Source of the DNA: Naegleria gruberi
Taxonomy: Eukaryota
NCBI GenBank assembly: GCA_000004985.1
Contig: GG739007.1
Reading direction: 5' to 3' (one strand)
Length of the DNA stretch: 12,077 nucleotides
The notes beneath the pieces were generated by a model, which was not told where the DNA came from, made no database searches, and saw nothing but the letters and a program-made list of their open reading frames with translations. Numbering within the stretch: position 1 is the stretch's first letter; every line of letters starts with the position of its first letter. The position numbers and the translations under genes are program-made. Below, in pieces: positions 8,701-12,077 of this stretch.

Positions 8701-10477
8701 NNNNNNNNNNNNNNNNNNNNNNNNNNNNNNNNNNNNNNNNNNNNNNNNNNNNNNNNNNNNNNNNNNNNNNNNNNNNNNNNNNNNNNNNNNNNNNNNNNNN
8801 NNNNNNNNNNNNNNNNNNNNNNNNNNNNNNNNNNNNNNNNNNNNNNNNNNNNNNNNNNNNNNNNNNNNNNNNNNNNNNNNNNNNNNNNNNNNNNNNNNNN
8901 NNNNNNNNNNNNNNNNNNNNNNNNNNNNNNNNNNNNNNNNNNNNNNNNNNNNNNNNNNNNNNNNNNNNNNNNNNNNNNNNNNNNNNNNNNNNNNNNNNNN
9001 NNNNNNNNNNNNNNNNNNNNNNNNNNNNNNNNNNNNNNNNNNNNNNNNNNNNNNNNNNNNNNNNNNNNNNNNNNNNNNNNNNNNNNNNNNNNNNNNNNNN
9101 NNNNNNNNNNNNNNNNNNNNNNNNNNNNNNNNNNNNNNNNNNNNNNNNNNNNNNNNNNNNNNNNNNNNNNNNNNNNNNNNNNNNNNNNNNNNNNNNNNNN
9201 NNNNNNNNNNNNNNNNNNNNNNNNNNNNNNNNNNNNNNNNNNNNNNNNNNNNNNNNNNNNNNNNNNNNNNNNNNNNNNNNNNNNNNNNNNNNNNNNNNNN
9301 NNNNNNNNNNNNNNNNNNNNNNNNNNNNNNNNNNNNNNNNNNNNNNNNNNNNNNNNNNNNNNNNNNNNNNNNNNNNNNNNNNNNNNNNNNNNNNNNNNNN
9401 NNNNNNNNNNNNNNNNNNNNNNNNNNNNNNNNNNNNNNNNNNNNNNNNNNNNNNNNNNNNNNNNNNNNNNNNNNNNNNNNNNNNNNNNNNNNNNNNNNNN
9501 NNNNNNNNNNNNNNNNNNNNNNNNNNNNNNNNNNNNNNNNNNNNNNNNNNNNNNNNNNNNNNNNNNNNNNNNNNNNNNNNNNNNNNNNNNNNNNNNNNNN
9601 NNNNNNNNNNNNNNNNNNNNNNNNNNNNNNNNNNNNNNNNNNNNNNNNNNNNNNNNNNNNNNNNNNNNNNNNNNNNNNNNNNNNNNNNNNNNNNNNNNNN
9701 NNNNNNNNNNNNNNNNNNNNNNNNNNNNNNNNNNNNNNNNNNNNNNNNNNNNNNNNNNNNNNNNNNNNNNNNNNNNNNNNNNNNNNNNNNNNNNNNNNNN
9801 NNNNNNNNNNNNNNNNNNNNNNNNNNNNNNNNNNNNNNNNNNNNNNNNNNNNNNNNNNNNNNNNNNNNNNNNNNNNNNNNNNNNNNNNNNNNNNNNNNNN
9901 NNNNNNNNNNNNNNNNNNNNNNNNNNNNNNNNNNNNNNNNNNNNNNNNNNNNNNNNNNNNNNNNNNNNNNNNNNNNNNNNNNNNNNNNNNNNNNNNNNNN
10001 NNNNNNNNNNNNNNNNNNNNNNNNNNNNNNNNNNNNNNNNNNNNNNNNNNNNNNNNNNNNNNNNNNNNNNNNNNNNNNNNNNNNNNNNNNNNNNNNNNNN
10101 NNNNNNNNNNNNNNNNNNNNNNNNNNNNNNNNNNNNNNNNNNNNNNNNNNNNNNNNNNNNNNNNNNNNNNNNNNNNNNNNNNNNNNNNNNNNNNNNNNNN
10201 NNNNNNNNNNNNNNNNNNNNNNNNNNNNNNNNNNNNNNNNNNNNNNNNNNNNNNNNNNNNNNNNNNNNNNNNNNNNNNNNNNNNNNNNNNNNNNNNNNNN
10301 NNNNNNNNNNNNNNNNNNNNNNNNNNNNNNNNNNNNNNNNNNNNNNNNNNNNNNNNNNNNNNNNNNNNNNNNNNNNNNNNNNNNNNNNNNNNNNNNNNNN
10401 NNNNNNNNNNNNNNNNNNNNNNNNNNNNNNNNNNNNNNNNNNNNNNNNNNNNNNNNNNNNNNNNNNNNNNNNNNNNN
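5797..10477. other. Run of N (4681 nt): masked sequence or sized gap. Must contain the N-terminal ~570-600 aa of the eEF2-like gene and the remainder of the 10749 gene.
   Basis: Contiguous n characters bounded by in-frame coding sequence on both sides (both on the minus strand). Confidence 0.99.
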
Positions 10478-10749
10478 AAATTAAAGAAAAATTCCAGTAA
10501 TTGTTGATTACATGAAGCAAGATTTGCTAGCTCGGAAGTATTTAGAAAACATCCAACAATTAATAATTCATCCCTATTTACTTTTTCTAATAGTTTGAGA
10601 GAATGTTGTGTAATTTTTAATGGTGAAACTCTATCAGAAACTACCACTGGAACTGGAACGTTAGATTCTTCTTTGTGTTGTTCTGAAACAGTTGAAAGGT
10701 CATCATTAGCATCAACCGTTCGAATCTTTGAGAAGAGACGAAACACCAT
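10478..10749 (-). CDS. Hypothetical protein, N-terminal 90 aa only (rest masked): MVFRLFSKIRTVDANDDLSTVSEQHKEESNVPVPVVVSDRVSPLKITQHSLKLLEKVNRDELLIVGCFLNTSELANLASCNQQLLEFFFN...
   Basis: First ATG in the frame is at 10749..10747, in an aaaaaaaATGg context. The ORF-track start at 10785 is a GTG. The frame stays open to the mask edge with the same codon bias as neighbouring genes. The L-x-x-L-L-E...DELL-I-x-x-x-F-L...L-A-x-L-A-S-C spacing is reminiscent of an F-box helix pattern, but this is unverified. Confidence 0.5.
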
Positions 10750-10986
10750 TTTTTTTAACTTGATTTTCAGATCTCGCCCTTTCACTAATAATTTTCAAAA
10801 ATGTTCTGCCAAGTTCAAAGGAAGTCAATTCTTGTATTTATGGGATTCTCTGCATGATAAATGCAATTGTTTCTCTCTATGTATTTTTCTTTGTAGTGTT
10901 TTAACAGCTAGCTCATTGAATGTTTGCCATTCCAACCTATTCAGTACATGAAAAAGTAGAGAGACAGATGAAGTTAATTGTTGTAT

Positions 10987-11254
10987 TTATTTCTTACTCA
11001 ATTCTACGAGATCGACTGGTCCTTTAACATATAATTCCTCCAATTCAGCTTCCCATCCTAATAATTTACATAATTTTTCAACACATTCATCAATGGATGA
11101 ATCCTCTCCACCAAGGAACAAATCCAAATAATCTGAATCATCTCCAACTTCAGCAACATTTCCCTTCACCTTACTGAAAGGTCCACATTTTTCACGATTA
11201 AGAAGAGCACGTGTTGATCCTTCTGGAGCATATTCTGGTAAACCAGCAACAGGA
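10987..11254 (-). CDS. HST2: Sirtuin (NAD-dependent protein deacetylase, class I, SIRT2/Hst2-like), last exon including TAA stop
   Basis: Encodes (Y)PVAGLPEYAPEGSTRALLNREKCGPFSKVKGNVAEVGDDSDYLDLFLGGEDSSIDECVEKLCKLLGWEAELEELYVKGPVDLVELSKK*. Matches the Hst2/SIRT2 C-terminus (Hst2 TSLTVYPFASLPEE...EELGWQEDFEKIL; SIRT2 ELLGWKKELEDLV). The exon starts after the acceptor aaaaatag at 11255. Phase: its first base T completes the codon TA|T (Tyr). Confidence 0.85.
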
Positions 11255-11302
11255 CTATTTTTACAATTATTAGGTCAATAACAAAATAATTCAATTACTT
11301 AC
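11255..11302 (-). other. Intron (48 nt), GTAAGT...TAG, putative branch CTAAT
   Basis: Minus-strand read: gtaagtaattgaattattttgttattgacctaataattgtaaaaatag. Splicing removes an in-frame TAG and restores the conserved sirtuin sequence ...IGTSLSV|YPVAGLPE. Confidence 0.8.
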
Positions 11303-11585
11303 TAGACTGACAAGGAAGTACCAATGACAATGAAGACTTCACAATCCTTGGAACGAAGCAAATCTGATTTGCAACAATCTACGTACTTGTTAGGTAATGA
11401 CTCTCCGAACAAGACAATATCTGGTTTGACAATATGTCCACACTTGTCACACTTTGGAATTTGGACTTCTTCATCAGTTCCCATCTTTTTTACAATTTCA
11501 GACAATGAATATTCCTTTGAACATTCAATACAGTGACCAATATCGTACATTCCGTGACAATTTACCAAGTGCTCCTTTGTAATTC
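11303..11585 (-). CDS. HST2: Sirtuin exon: catalytic core with the zinc-ribbon cysteines
   Basis: Encodes (G)ITKEHLVNCHGMYDIGHCIECSKEYSLSEIVKKMGTDEEVQIPKCDKCGHIVKPDIVLFGESLPNKYVDCCKSDLLRSKDCEVFIVIGTSLSV. The C-x-x-C...C-x-x-C Zn motif, catalytic HG and VKPDIVLFGE match SIRT2 (LVEAHGTF...SHC...C..C..LVKPDIVFFGESLP...LLVMGTSLQV). Confidence 0.85.
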
Positions 11586-11640
11586 CTTTAAATGATTAAA
11601 AATTGTCACAATAAATATTCTGTAATATTGACAAACCTAC
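11586..11640 (-). other. Intron (55 nt), GTAGGT...AAG, putative branch TTAAT
   Basis: Minus-strand read: gtaggtttgtcaatattacagaatatttattgtgacaatttttaatcatttaaag. Phase-1 junction: ...AAG TCA G|GA ATT ACA gives ...[21 protein letters not shown], colinear with SIRT2 NIDTLERIAGLEQEDLVEAHG. Unspliced, the frame hits TGA after 10 codons. Confidence 0.8.
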
Positions 11641-11900
11641 CTGACTTGGCTTCCAAACCATCAATATTTTGAGTATATAATCTCTTCAACTTGTTCTTTT
11701 CTTCCAACAATTTGATAAAGTAGTGAGCTTTAGTTGGTTTATATCCAGAAGAAATGAAATCTCTACTCAAATGGAAGAATGGATGAGGATTAGTTGGAAG
11801 ATATTTCAATTCGAAAATGGCTGTTGGATGAGGCAAATTATACTTTTGTAAATTATCATACAATCCAGTTCCAGGAGTTCTAAAATCAGGAATTCCAGCA
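11641..11900 (-). CDS. HST2: Sirtuin exon: NAD-binding Rossmann N-terminal region
   Basis: Encodes (S)[86 protein letters not shown](G). Near-identical in motif order to human SIRT2 [43 protein letters not shown]...[30 protein letters not shown]. Confidence 0.85.
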
Positions 11901-12029
11901 CTATCCAATTATTATCATTAATAATATTTAAATATTACAATTGAATCATTGAATATTATACCAAGTATAATGATGATGATAATAATATTAACAATCAATA
12001 ATAAGGATAATAATAATGAATAAACCTAC
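11901..12029 (-). other. Intron (129 nt), GTAGGT...TAG, extremely AT-rich with ATC/ATT microsatellite-like runs
   Basis: Minus-strand read: gtaggtttattcattattattatcc...aattggatag. Joins ...GAGLSTS (ACT AG|T GCT) to AGIPDFR, reconstituting the sirtuin [14 protein letters not shown] motif. The upstream exon frame is closed by TAA inside this intron. Confidence 0.7.
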
Positions 12030-12077
12030 CTAGTGGACAATCCAGCTCCAGTCAATACAATAATTGATTCATCAGAG
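12030..12077 (-). CDS. HST2: Sirtuin exon fragment at the window edge (gene continues 5' beyond the window)
   Basis: Encodes ...SDESIIVLTGAGLST(S), matching SIRT2 ...KIVVLTGAGISTS. The frame is open to the window end. Confidence 0.7.

Noticed and set aside
1053-10785. Very long ORFs in the track (1053..3866, 1363..3840, 5740..10785, 5783..10507, 5790..10520), hundreds to more than 1600 aa
   Set aside because: They are made almost entirely of X from translating N. Only the unmasked ends were evaluated: 1053..1455, 4994..5796 and 10478..10749 were kept as partial CDS.
10595-10951. 118-aa plus-strand ORF
   Set aside because: It is antisense to the N-terminal coding region and 5' flank of the minus-strand gene. 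It is Cys/Ser/Phe-rich with odd composition, and no codon-bias or homology support.
11324-11536. 70-aa plus-strand ORF
   Set aside because: Antisense shadow of the sirtuin zinc-ribbon exon.
10987-11908. ORF-track M starts at 11908, 11568, 11169, 10785 and 5783
   Set aside because: Each sits on TTG or GTG, not ATG, so the track allows alternative starts. 11908, 11568 and 11169 are internal sirtuin exons bounded by intron stops. The real start of the 10785 ORF is ATG at 10749.
1-12077. Prokaryotic-style features (operons, CRISPR, defence islands)
   Set aside because: Spliceosomal introns, Pol III tRNA genes with internal A/B boxes and eukaryotic homologues (sirtuin, eEF2) show this is eukaryotic nuclear DNA. 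No repeat-spacer architecture is present.

Overview
This is eukaryotic nuclear DNA, not prokaryotic. It is AT-rich (roughly two-thirds A+T by eye) with short GT-AG spliceosomal introns and yeast-like codon usage (AGA Arg, TTG/TTA Leu, GGA/GGT Gly). Two long runs of N (1456..3828 and 5797..10477) hide about 58% of the window and cut through three genes. All the long X-containing ORFs in the six-frame track are artefacts of these runs.

What can be supported from the visible sequence:
- A tRNA-Glu(UUC) gene on the minus strand (713..784), transcribed divergently from a plus-strand gene.
- The N-terminal 134 aa of that plus-strand gene (1053..1455), which looks like a signal-anchor membrane protein.
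- An intronless class-II tRNA-Leu(CAA) on the plus strand (4669..4749), followed by a T-run Pol III terminator.
- The C-terminal 267 aa of a clearly eEF2-family protein on the minus strand (4994..5796) that is noticeably diverged from canonical eEF2.
- The N-terminal 90 aa of an unidentified minus-strand protein (10478..10749).
- An intron-containing sirtuin gene of the SIRT2/Hst2 class on the minus strand (10987..12077, 5' truncated by the window end). I resolved three introns (48, 55 and 129 nt) by hand from splice signals and frame continuity.

Both tRNA genes carry a TATA-like element about 35-45 bp upstream. Spacing is compact: 237 bp separates the sirtuin stop from the next gene's start codon.

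No CRISPR array, rRNA, recognisable transposon or long repeat is visible. Nothing in the visible sequence is a clear novel system. If something unusual lies in this window it is most likely inside the masked blocks, which cannot be assessed.
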